From contig JBAXJX010000002.1 of assembly GCA_037137655.1 (NCBI GenBank), forward strand, positions 293,730 through 357,729: a DNA stretch of 64,000 bases. Reading direction: 5' to 3'. Every line of letters starts with the position of its first letter. Within the stretch, counting starts at the first letter, position 1. Source of the DNA: Candidatus Falkowbacteria bacterium (GTDB lineage: Bacteria; Patescibacteriota; Patescibacteriia; Patescibacteriales; UBA12465). The position numbers were made by a program, and so were the translations under genes. The notes beneath the pieces were generated by a model, which ran no database searches, was not told the origin of the DNA, and saw only the letters and a program-made list of their open reading frames with translations. Positions 37,401 to 44,500 of this stretch are shown piece by piece.

Positions 37401-37663
37401 CTTGGGATGAAGACTTATCTTCCTGCACACCAAATTGTTCTGTGAAAATGCAATTACGGACTGCGCCAGATAGTAGCGGCGCACCGGGAACCTGGACCGG
37501 TTGGTATGGAGCTAGTGGAGTGGGAACTTATTTCACTAATCATTGGGGCACAATAACTAATGCCGCTTTAAATGGTAATCAATGGTTGCAATACCAGGCC
37601 TTTTTATATAGCAGTAGCACTGGCAACCCGATATTGCAAGAAGTGCGAGTTGATTTTCAATAA
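34412..37663 (+). CDS. giant (1083 aa) prepilin-type protein with two LamG modules and a C-terminal beta-rich domain
   Basis: 'KPAMSLVELIIAMAIFALIVMG' (Glu5). Two copies of 'MGLWHM(N/D)DASGNFVDS..TYATSGKF..EAWVYK..QWVH(I/L)A(A/G)VYD..G(K/R)(I/V)DEVR(L/V)SNVARWT' (Laminin_G_3-type), each followed by 'NGGSISYQLS..VIDTNIPTFTTST.QIN..AFLTSNGAQLVQLDNINI'. Confidence 0.85.
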   Translation: MKTVNIKSKNKPAMSLVELIIAMAIFALIVMGLTGMAVGGYTALDRSGEQTEAASLAQEGIEAVRAIKSQAWNNLSYSTSGVQIVGGQWAFTGEGTTDTIGRYTRTISFANVCLNSDNITIAACPADHVDPLSKMVTVDVAWSAGTKTSHVIRQQYLTNYLGHFFKQTDWAGSSGQSIWSVANKYFSDNASINTSTAGQISLIAASGATSTASNDWTYTNASDYTYNSGSISVAGGLAQLKIVTTTPDASTMGLWHMNDASGNFVDSGQYAYNLNIGGTPTTYATSGKFDTSIYFNNNGQARGIVDGSSTNLRLTGAKWTVEAWVYKTAAATTTETILSKWNETGNMRAYILYIDSTNHPCLWLSNNGVNNTLTLCSPNTLTLSQWVHIAAVYDQGSSNITYLFVGGALLAQSNYSNGNYSATAANFYIGGAQNFSGASSTFRGKIDEVRLSNVARWTAGFTPTTTPYASSYPTTSPSIYQTSTYATTSVLNWSHFTETATTNGGSISYQLSPDNSNWWWWNGSKWATTTSSYNTSSVIDTNIPTFTTSTNQINVKAFLTSNGAQLVQLDNINIAYVKQGAAGCSQVQNPYSYDFTFANSTDYTYNATTIEFVAGQAQLKLVSAGAGNTMGLWHMDDASGNFVDSSGSGYNLSTAYGAGTPTYATSGKFSTSIFFNKDYGRGILNASAPNLQITGPMTIEAWVYKPSALTGYNFEEIAGKWNDTYNATDGSAAACYNLAMDYSEKVRFDVSSNGNNNTTYVMSSGALPLDQWVHLAGVYDGTNLYIFVNGTLSGTYAYTAGIANKTQSNFTIGYTPSFNSAAWYFGGRVDEVRVSNVARWTSTFVPSASAYSPEGGSAYSTTSPSVNATVGFSTSSAIASWTHFTETATVNGGSISYQLSSDGGTTWTYWNGSSWATAGAGNYNSAAVIDTNIPTFTTSTKQINARAFLTSNGAQLVQLDNINISYLVNGGMFCGGTGSLISSAINMSTSSAVSDIAWDEDLSSCTPNCSVKMQLRTAPDSSGAPGTWTGWYGASGVGTYFTNHWGTITNAALNGNQWLQYQAFLYSSSTGNPILQEVRVDFQ
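35051..37312 (+). repeat. internal tandem duplication within the giant pilin gene (units 35051-36142 and 36176-37312)
   Basis: The two ~365-380-aa units align end to end (LamG plus a following ~90-aa module). The last ~120 nt of each unit are near-identical at DNA level (ttttttaac.agtaacggtgc.caacttgtgcaac). Confidence 0.85.
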
Positions 37664-37670
37664 TTAATTT

Positions 37671-38183
37671 ATGAAAAACAAAAACGGATTTACACTAGTC
37701 GAGACCATGGTCTACATTGCGATTTTAAGTATGGCTATGGTTGGTTTTATTACTTTTGTCATGTCGATTTCCGCGGCTCGTAATAAAAATTATACGGTAT
37801 TGGAAGTTCAAGCTAACACCAGACAAGCGATGGAAATAATTAGTCAAAAAATTCGTGATGCGGCTGATGTTAAAATTGCCTCCTCAACTTTTGGAAGTGA
37901 TCCGGGAAAATTAACTTTAATTACGACCAACACTTCAACTAATCCAACGGTGATTGATTTAACTACTCAAGATGGATCATTGCGCATTACGGAAGGGACA
38001 AGTAGTCCGATAATTATTACGGCCAATAAAGTTTTAGTAAGCAATTTAGTTTTTTATAATTATACTGGCACTAGTCGACGTGACAGCATTGGGATTGCGG
38101 CGACGTTCTCTTATTATAATCCAGGTAACGATATTGATTATAATTTTTCTCAGTCAGTTCGTTCCAATATTAGTTTGCATTAA
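37671..38183 (+). CDS. prepilin-type minor pilin
   Basis: 'KNKNGFTLVETMVYIAILSMAMVGF' (G|FTLVE). 170 aa. Confidence 0.8.
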   Translation: MKNKNGFTLVETMVYIAILSMAMVGFITFVMSISAARNKNYTVLEVQANTRQAMEIISQKIRDAADVKIASSTFGSDPGKLTLITTNTSTNPTVIDLTTQDGSLRITEGTSSPIIITANKVLVSNLVFYNYTGTSRRDSIGIAATFSYYNPGNDIDYNFSQSVRSNISLH

Positions 38184-38191
38184 ATTTTTTT

Positions 38192-38605
38192 ATGAAAATA
38201 ATTAATAAAAATAAATCTGGAGTTATTGCTTTGATGATGGTGGTAATAATTGGTGCCGCCGCTTTAGTGATGGCCTATGCTGCCTCCTTTTTAAGTTTGG
38301 GGAATTTAACCACTTCTTATGATGCGCACAACGGTAGCGAAGTTTATTCTATGTCTGATGGTTGCGTGGAGACGGCCATGAAAAAATTTCGTTTAAATCC
38401 TGGAACATACACTGGTGAAACTTTGAACTTTTCTTCTGGCTCATGTATAATAAGTATTAGCGGTTCTGGTGCGACACGCACTATTACTTCCACGGCGACT
38501 CGCGGCAATTATACCGCGATTCTTGACGTCGTTATTTCTTACTCCACCGGAACTTACGGTGAAACAATCGTTACTGTAAATTCCTGGACAGAGCGAGAGA
38601 ATTAA
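38192..38605 (+). CDS. minor pilin-like protein lacking Glu5 (PilX/GspK-position)
   Basis: N-terminal hydrophobic helix 'SGVIALMMVVIIGAAALVMAYAA' with no conserved Glu. 137 aa. Position is in the minor-pilin block. Confidence 0.55.
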   Translation: MKIINKNKSGVIALMMVVIIGAAALVMAYAASFLSLGNLTTSYDAHNGSEVYSMSDGCVETAMKKFRLNPGTYTGETLNFSSGSCIISISGSGATRTITSTATRGNYTAILDVVISYSTGTYGETIVTVNSWTEREN

Positions 38606-38614
38606 TTTTTTAAA

Positions 38615-40342
38615 ATGGCTTTTAAAAAATCAGTTGGTTTGGATATTGCCGACCACACAATCGAGATCTTAGAACTATCGCGCGGTTTTGTTGGTGCCGT
38701 TACGGTGTCAGCTGCTGGGCGCATGTCGCTAAGCCCTGGCGTTGTATCTAATGGTCGGATTATAAATGCTGAAGCGCTTAAAGCGGCTTTACAAAAATTA
38801 TTTAGCCAAGCTAAGCCAGCAGCAATTGTCGCGGATGAAATTTGTTTCGGTTTACCCGATAGTCAAATCTACACCCGTGTTTTTGCGTTGCCACCACATC
38901 ACCCGAATGATTTAGAAAGTTTAGTTTTGCAGGAGGCGATAAATAGTATTCCGATTGATGAAGATAATTTAAATTACTCATATAAAGTTTTACACGAAAC
39001 ACCGGCCGGCACCGAAATTCTTTTGGCCGCGGCCGACGGTGAAGTGATAAAAGAATGGCACGATTTTTTCGTTGATTTGAAAATTAAAAATATTACTTTT
39101 GATCTTGAGCCATTAGCTTTGGCGCGCGGTTTGTTACTAAAAGATTCTGGTACCACCATGATTTTGGATATCGGTTCAGCCACGACCAGCTTGTTTATTT
39201 TTAGTGATGGTAATTTGGCTTATAGTCGATCTTTGATTGTGGCTGGCGATTACTTAACCAAGAAAATTTCACTTGATTTACAAATTAGTCTAGCTGAGGC
39301 AGAAGAGCAGAAAGTAAAATTTGGTTTGTCGTATCCAGATAATAAAGTTGTTAATCCAATCATGGATGTTTTAAAAGAAATTTCACTTAAAGCAAAAGAG
39401 TCAATTAATTATTTTGAAGAACGTAAAAAAACTAAAGTGACAAATTTTATTTTGGTTGGTGGCACGAGTCAAATGTTTGGATTGCTCGAATACGTAAAAG
39501 CCGAATTAAAACTCCCGGGCATTATCGGCCAGATGAAATTTGATGATAAAGTTATTCCATTGCTTTACGTGGAATCAGCTGGTTTAGCTTTGCGCCTCAT
39601 AGATGATAAATATAAAGATGATTTAAAAATATCTTTTACGCCCAATAAAGTTGCGCCAGCACTGTTACCACAAGAAGAGTTGGTAATTGCGGCTAGCGAA
39701 TCTTATGATAACGGTGAATCAAATGAAGAGGGAGCACAAATTTTAAAATCATTAACACCACCGCCAGTTAAAGAAGAAAAAGTTAAATCAAAATTATTAT
39801 TATTGGTAGATATTTTAATTGTGGGTGTTGTGCTTATTGGTTTGTCTTGGCAATATCGTACTTACAATGATAAAAAACAAGCGCTTGATTTACAAGCGAG
39901 TATTGTACAGCATATTAATTTGCAAACACTAAATACTAAAATTGAAGTCTCGACGATTGGTCTAGAGAATACTGCTGATCGTGTTCTAGGTCGTGTTGTT
40001 CGGGTAACCGTTGCTTCTAGCACTGATTTAGCTACAGCGGAAAATACCGCCAAAGATTTGTTGGCACCGCAGTTAAATTCTGGGGAAAAATATTTCCGTG
40101 AGCCAATTAATCGTGACACCTTGTTGAATAAATTAGAATTTCCGGTTATTTTTGAGTGGCTAGTTTATGATCAACGCAGTTATTTGGCGATTGTTAATAA
40201 ACGGCTTGAGTCAATTAATCCTAATAAAATCCCTGCGGATTTAAATGGGGCCGAGCTAATTGCGCTTAATAAAACTGCTTCGCAGGATGTTTTCTCCTTT
40301 GATTGTCGAATTAGTTTTTATGCTAATGAAACTTTAAAATAG
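38615..40342 (+). CDS. pilM: PilM actin-like ATPase fused to a TM helix and a PilN/PilO-position external domain
   Basis: 'VGLDIADHTIEILEL', 'ILDIGSATTSLFIF', 'ILVGGTSQMFGL' (PilM/FtsA-like). TM 'LLLLVDILIVGVVLIGLSW' near aa 395-413, then ~160 aa. Confidence 0.8.
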   Translation: MAFKKSVGLDIADHTIEILELSRGFVGAVTVSAAGRMSLSPGVVSNGRIINAEALKAALQKLFSQAKPAAIVADEICFGLPDSQIYTRVFALPPHHPNDLESLVLQEAINSIPIDEDNLNYSYKVLHETPAGTEILLAAADGEVIKEWHDFFVDLKIKNITFDLEPLALARGLLLKDSGTTMILDIGSATTSLFIFSDGNLAYSRSLIVAGDYLTKKISLDLQISLAEAEEQKVKFGLSYPDNKVVNPIMDVLKEISLKAKESINYFEERKKTKVTNFILVGGTSQMFGLLEYVKAELKLPGIIGQMKFDDKVIPLLYVESAGLALRLIDDKYKDDLKISFTPNKVAPALLPQEELVIAASESYDNGESNEEGAQILKSLTPPPVKEEKVKSKLLLLVDILIVGVVLIGLSWQYRTYNDKKQALDLQASIVQHINLQTLNTKIEVSTIGLENTADRVLGRVVRVTVASSTDLATAENTAKDLLAPQLNSGEKYFREPINRDTLLNKLEFPVIFEWLVYDQRSYLAIVNKRLESINPNKIPADLNGAELIALNKTASQDVFSFDCRISFYANETLK

Positions 40343-40356
40343 TTTATTTTAAGCGC

Positions 40357-40385
40357 TTGTAGAAAATATTGATATTTGTTATAAT
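40357..40385 (+). promoter_or_regulatory. sigma70-type promoter of pilin paralog 1
   Basis: TTGTAG (40357-40362), 17-nt spacer, TATAAT (40380-40385). About 70-nt leader to the ATG at 40462. Confidence 0.6.
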
Positions 40386-40461
40386 TAAGTTGTTAATAAA
40401 AAATTGGTCATGTTTTACTGGATTTTATATTATTATAAATCCGCGTGCCAAGAAAAATTTT

Positions 40462-40947
40462 ATGAAAAACAAAAAAGCTTTTACATTGATTGAGCTTTTG
40501 ATCGTTATTGCGATCATTGCCATCATTGCTGGAATCGTTTTTGTCGCCTTGAATCCCTTGGCAAGATTCGCCGCGGCCAGAACATCACGACGTTGGGCTG
40601 ACGCTTCAGCTGTATTAACCGCTATCAAGGTTAATCAAATTGATAATGGTGGTGCTTATTGTACCTCTATTACTGCCATGCAAAATGGTATCGTTTACAT
40701 GATTGGTACTAGTACTACTGGCGCTCAACAAACTTGTCAAACAACTATCGGTACTTCAAGTGCAGTTGATTTAACAGCTTTAGTTACTGGTGGTTACCTA
40801 GGTAGTGTTCCAGTAAGTCCAAGCGGAAATTACACTTACTACAATGGAAGCACAACTGGTTACACTTTAACAAAAGCAACTAGTGGTTTAATCACTATTA
40901 CTGCTTGTGATACTGAATCAACTCCTCAACCTTCAGTTTCTAGATAG
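40462..40947 (+). CDS. type IV pilin paralog 1
   Basis: 'MKNKKAFTLIELLIVIAIIAIIAGIVFVAL' (Ala at -1, Glu5). Shared motifs 'RRWADA', 'IKVNQIDNGG', 'GGYLGSVPVSPSG', C-terminal 'ACDTES'. The ORF-track TTG start at 40369 is rejected. Confidence 0.85.
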   Translation: MKNKKAFTLIELLIVIAIIAIIAGIVFVALNPLARFAAARTSRRWADASAVLTAIKVNQIDNGGAYCTSITAMQNGIVYMIGTSTTGAQQTCQTTIGTSSAVDLTALVTGGYLGSVPVSPSGNYTYYNGSTTGYTLTKATSGLITITACDTESTPQPSVSR

Positions 40948-40965
40948 TTTTTAACAAAACTATTT

Positions 40966-41466
40966 ATGTCTAAAAAGGATCGATCTGGTTTTACTTTGCT
41001 CGAGATATTAATCGTAATTGCGATAATTGCGATTGTTCTTGCCTTAGTTTATGCCACGGTCGATCCTTTTGCTCGTTTTAAGGCGGCGCGTGATGCGCGT
41101 CGCTGGTCGGATGCTGAGAATTTATTAAATGCCATTAAAGTTAATCAAGTTGACAATAGTGGTCATTATATTAGTGCCATCGAATCGCTACCAGCTGCTA
41201 CGGTCTTTATGATTGGGACCTCGACAAGTGCTTGTGATTCACAAAACGCTAACTGTCTTATTGATCCAGCTAGTTCAACGGCCTGTGTTGATTTGAGTCA
41301 GTTAATCTCCAGCGGTTATATTGGTGCTTTACCAGTTAGTCCGCGCGGTAATGGAACTTGGAATGCTAGTTTAAGTGGATATACTTTGCAGAAGAATGCT
41401 AATGGTAGTATGATTGTGCGCGCCTGTGAGAATGAGGGGGCTCAACCTGTTAGTTTGACTAGATAA
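40966..41466 (+). CDS. type IV pilin paralog 2
   Basis: 'KDRSGFTLLEILIVIAIIAIVLALVYA', 'RRWSDA', 'IKVNQVDNSG', 'SGYIGALPVSPRG', 'ACENEG'. Confidence 0.85.
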   Translation: MSKKDRSGFTLLEILIVIAIIAIVLALVYATVDPFARFKAARDARRWSDAENLLNAIKVNQVDNSGHYISAIESLPAATVFMIGTSTSACDSQNANCLIDPASSTACVDLSQLISSGYIGALPVSPRGNGTWNASLSGYTLQKNANGSMIVRACENEGAQPVSLTR

Positions 41467-41470
41467 TTTT

Positions 41471-41971
41471 ATGAAAAATAAACGAGGCTTTACTTTAATA
41501 GAACTTTTAATTGTGATTGCTATTATTGCAATTTTAGCATCAATTGTTTTTGTAGCTTTAAATCCGCTAACTCGTTTTCGTGATGCTCGTGATTCGCGTC
41601 GCTGGGCTGATGTCCATTCCGTGTTAAATGCTATTCGTATTAATCAAGTTGATCATAAAGGTGCCTTTTTAACTCCGGTCGCCTCTATGGAAACAGGGAC
41701 GGTTTACATGATAACTAATGCCGCAGTTTCCAGTGGTTGCGCTAACTACAATAATAATTGTAAGGTTGACGTTACGGGTGATAATTATTGTGTTAATTTG
41801 GGGCAACTTTTAATTGACGGTTATTTGGGTAATGTGCCGGTTAGTCCAAGTGCTGGGGGAACATGGAGTGATTATGCTACTGGCTATACTTTGGAAAAAG
41901 ACAGTAATGATATTTTAATTGTGCGCGCCTGTGAATCAGAGGATACTCCAGAAATAAAATTAGCTAGATAA
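41471..41971 (+). CDS. type IV pilin paralog 3
   Basis: 'MKNKRGFTLIELLIVIAIIAILASIVFVAL', 'RRWADV', 'IRINQVDHKG', 'DGYLGNVPVSPSA', 'ACESED'. Confidence 0.85.
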   Translation: MKNKRGFTLIELLIVIAIIAILASIVFVALNPLTRFRDARDSRRWADVHSVLNAIRINQVDHKGAFLTPVASMETGTVYMITNAAVSSGCANYNNNCKVDVTGDNYCVNLGQLLIDGYLGNVPVSPSAGGTWSDYATGYTLEKDSNDILIVRACESEDTPEIKLAR

Positions 41972-41984
41972 TAGAGTTTTTGAA

Positions 41985-42017
41985 AACACGACTTGTAGTA
42001 AGAAGTGTTTTTTTTTT
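41985..42017 (+). terminator. probable intrinsic terminator after pilin paralog 3
   Basis: Interrupted stem aacac..ctt/aag..gtgtt followed by a T10 run (42008-42017). Confidence 0.55.
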
Positions 42018-42043
42018 GACGAAATTAATAAATCTGATATAAT
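42016..42043 (+). promoter_or_regulatory. promoter of pilin paralog 4 (first of three tandem extended -10 boxes)
   Basis: TTGACG (42016-42021), 16-nt spacer, TGaTATAAT (42035-42043). Confidence 0.55.
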
Positions 42044-42075
42044 AAATTTGATATAATAAATTTGATATAATAATT
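42034..42075 (+). repeat. 3 x 14-bp tandem repeat (c/t)TGATATAATAA(A/T)T
   Basis: Units at 42034-42047, 42048-42061 and 42062-42075. Each contains an extended -10 consensus TGATATAAT. The last TATAAT ends 6 nt before the ATG at 42078. Confidence 0.9.
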
Positions 42076-42077
42076 TT

Positions 42078-42566
42078 ATGAAAAACAAAAAAGCCTTTAC
42101 CTTAATCGAGCTTTTGATCGTAATCGCGATTATTGCTATCGTTGCCGGAATCGTTTTTGTTGCCTTAAATCCATTGGCAAGATTCGTCACGGCCAGAACA
42201 TCACGACGCCTAGCTGACGCCTCAGCTGTTTTGACTGCTATTAAAGTTCATCAAATCGATAATGGCGGTGCTTATTGTACTTCAATCACTGCTTTGGCGA
42301 GTGGGGTGACTTATATGATTGGTACTTCAACTTCTGTAACAACTGGAACAGCGGCTTGTGCTTTAAGCAGCATTGGATCTACTACAGCTGTTGATTTGTC
42401 TGCCTTAATATCTGGTGGATACTTGGGTAATGTCCCGGTAAGTCCAAAGGGTAATAGTGCCTATTCTTTTGCTTTAACTGGATATACCTTGACCAAGAAT
42501 GCTAATGGTTTAATTACTATTGCTGCTTGTGATTCTGAGTCAGGCCAACTTTCAATTTCTCGTTAA
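42078..42566 (+). CDS. type IV pilin paralog 4 (closest to paralog 1)
   Basis: 'MKNKKAFTLIELLIVIAIIAIVAGIVFVAL', 'IKVHQIDNGGAYCTSITA', 'GGYLGNVPVSPKG', 'ACDSES'. Confidence 0.85.
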   Translation: MKNKKAFTLIELLIVIAIIAIVAGIVFVALNPLARFVTARTSRRLADASAVLTAIKVHQIDNGGAYCTSITALASGVTYMIGTSTSVTTGTAACALSSIGSTTAVDLSALISGGYLGNVPVSPKGNSAYSFALTGYTLTKNANGLITIAACDSESGQLSISR

Positions 42567-42586
42567 TATTTTCTTCTTATAAAAAA

Positions 42587-42612
42587 AGAACTCCACATTG
42601 GAGTTCTTTTTT
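42587..42612 (+). terminator. intrinsic terminator closing the pilus locus
   Basis: 9-bp stem agaactcca/tggagttct, loop cat, then TTTTT. An A7 run upstream. Confidence 0.85.
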
Positions 42613-42618
42613 GTTTTG

Positions 42619-42690
42619 TAGTCTCTAGGGGAATCGAACCCCTGTTACCAGGATGAGAACCTGGCGTCCTAACCGTTAGACGAAGAGACC
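42619..42690 (-). tRNA. tRNA-Glu (anticodon CUC)
   Basis: Reverse complement folds as GGTCTCT-TC-GTCT-AACGGTTA-GGAC-G-CCAGG-TT-CTC-AT-CCTGG-TAAC-AGGGG-TTCGATT-CCCCT-AGAGACT-A. It starts 4 nt after the fmt stop. Confidence 0.8.
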
Positions 42691-42694
42691 ATTA

Positions 42695-43660
42695 TTATTT
42701 TAGGATTGAACCATAAATACCTTTGTTGCCACGTAAAAACTCATCAACATCCATGGCCTTACGACCCTCTAGTTGTAATTTAGATATAATTAAAGCTTGG
42801 CCGTTGCCACATTTTACGGCTAAGGCGCCATTATAATTAAAAATTTCACCAGATGCGTGTTGCTTGTTTTTTATAGCTTTTGGTCGGACTGATAGTATCT
42901 TAAACAAAACTGAATTAATTTTCAAGTCCGGGCAACTTAAAAGACTGTAAGTGCCTGGCCATGGGTTTAGAGCGCGGACCATTCTTTCGATTTTTTTGGC
43001 TGGTAAGTGCCAATCAATTTTGCCATCTTCCTTTTTTAACATCTTAACATAAGACGCACGATAATTGCTTTGGGCTTGAGGTTTAATTTTTCCGGCACAG
43101 TATTTTATTAAAGTTGGAATTAATATTTTAGCACCAAGCTCACTTAACTTATCATGCAAAGTTTCAACGCTTTCTTCCTTAGCTAATTTGATTTTGGCTT
43201 TCTTTAAAATTGGACCAGTGTCCAGACCGGCATCCATTTTCATAATAGTGACACCACTATAGCGATTGCCATTTAAAATTGGCGCCTGCAAACAAGCTGC
43301 GCCACGATATTGCGGCAAAAGGGAACCATGAACATTAACACAGGCAAATTTTGGTATTTCCAAAATTGCCGGTGGAATTATTTGACCATAAGCGGTAACC
43401 ACAATTAAATCCGGTTGCAAATGTTTTATTTTTTCCACCTCAGTCCGAATTTTTTCCGGTTGATAAATTTCAATATTATGTTTGCTGGCAATCTTTTTGA
43501 TAGGCGGCGGTAAGAGTTCTTGATGACGGCCAATTTTTTTGTCGGGTTGGGTGATAATAGCTATAACCTCAAATTCTTCCGCGCTAATTAAAGCCTCTAA
43601 GCTGGCTACAGCAAAGTCGGGCGTACCTAAAAATATAGTGCGGATTTTTTTATGAGACAT
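42695..43660 (-). CDS. fmt: methionyl-tRNA formyltransferase
   Basis: 'IRTIFLGTPDFAV', 'VNVHGSLLPQYRGAA', 'TGVTIMKMDAGLDTGPIL'. Confidence 0.95.
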   Translation of the reverse strand: MSHKKIRTIFLGTPDFAVASLEALISAEEFEVIAIITQPDKKIGRHQELLPPPIKKIASKHNIEIYQPEKIRTEVEKIKHLQPDLIVVTAYGQIIPPAILEIPKFACVNVHGSLLPQYRGAACLQAPILNGNRYSGVTIMKMDAGLDTGPILKKAKIKLAKEESVETLHDKLSELGAKILIPTLIKYCAGKIKPQAQSNYRASYVKMLKKEDGKIDWHLPAKKIERMVRALNPWPGTYSLLSCPDLKINSVLFKILSVRPKAIKNKQHASGEIFNYNGALAVKCGNGQALIISKLQLEGRKAMDVDEFLRGNKGIYGSILK

Positions 43661-43661
43661 A

Positions 43662-44195
43662 TTATTTTTTTTGAGGGTTTACTTTGTTCGGAGCCGTTTC
43701 CTCCTCCATGGTTTTTAATTCCGCGCCAGCTGTTAGGCGATCAATAAATAGTACGCCGTCTAAGTGGTCGAGTTCATGTTGAATGATGCGAGCTAGTAAT
43801 TTTTCGGCCGCGATTTTTTTCTTTTGTCCTTTGTCGTCGGTGTAATGGCAAATTATTTTTTTATGGCGACTAACTGGACCATATAGAATTTCACCTTTTT
43901 CGTTTAAAACTGAAAGACAACCTTCTTCATCAACTTCCTTGGCCCAAGATTTTTTAGTAATAGTTGGGTTTATTAAGATATATAGTTGTTGATCATGGTT
44001 AACAACGGCGACTCGAATATTGTGTCCGATTTGGGGCGCAGCGAGTCCGGCGCCGTCTTTATCCATCATAGTTTTGACCATATCAGAAATCAGCCGAGTA
44101 AAAGCCTTGTCTTTGGCTTCGGTTTTTTTGACTTCTACGGATTTTTTCCTTAGAATTGGATTAGGGTTATTTATGATTGGTAAAATTTTAGGCAT
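43662..44195 (-). CDS. def: peptide deformylase
   Basis: 'GAGLAAPQIG', 'EGCLS', 'QHELDHLDG'. Confidence 0.95.
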   Translation of the reverse strand: MPKILPIINNPNPILRKKSVEVKKTEAKDKAFTRLISDMVKTMMDKDGAGLAAPQIGHNIRVAVVNHDQQLYILINPTITKKSWAKEVDEEGCLSVLNEKGEILYGPVSRHKKIICHYTDDKGQKKKIAAEKLLARIIQHELDHLDGVLFIDRLTAGAELKTMEEETAPNKVNPQKK

Positions 44196-44212
44196 AAAAT
44201 AAAAATAAATAT

Positions 44213-44500
44213 ATGGATGATAATGATTTTGGACAGATTAGTAATATACTAATAAATCGTAAGGTTGTCAAAGCTCCGGCTTATGAATGGCAGGATTTTG
44301 CTTTGCGCGTCATCAAGGAGCTAAACGCTCCGCCATTTAAACGTTCCTCGGTTTTTAAGATTTGTAAGGACTTGCCTCGACCGCTGGTAGAACAAGCGCT
44401 AAATGATACGAAAGAACTTTGTAAAGGTGGACAATCTTGGATGTATTTTTTTAAGATTATTGAAGGTATTGGAAAAAATAATCCACCGGTAAAAAATTAA
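44213..44500 (+). CDS. hypothetical protein (95 aa)
   Basis: ORF with no recognised motif. Its TAA overlaps the stop of the convergent gene in a shared TTAA. Confidence 0.55.
   Translation: MDDNDFGQISNILINRKVVKAPAYEWQDFALRVIKELNAPPFKRSSVFKICKDLPRPLVEQALNDTKELCKGGQSWMYFFKIIEGIGKNNPPVKN

Noticed and set aside
40369-40461. N-terminal extensions proposed by the ORF track (40369, 47540, 56113, 22367, 15575, 16680, 19671)
   Set aside because: In each case an internal ATG gives the family-typical N-terminus (pilin leader MKNKKAF, RhuM MAKIK.., MurA MPKFIITG, GT2 M..L(S/A)III). The extension also runs through a promoter or the preceding gene.
42034-42075. CRISPR array
   Set aside because: The only tandem repeats are 3 x 14 bp with no spacers. 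The five hairpin elements are separated by whole genes and irregular distances. No cas genes are present, so there is no CRISPR in this window.
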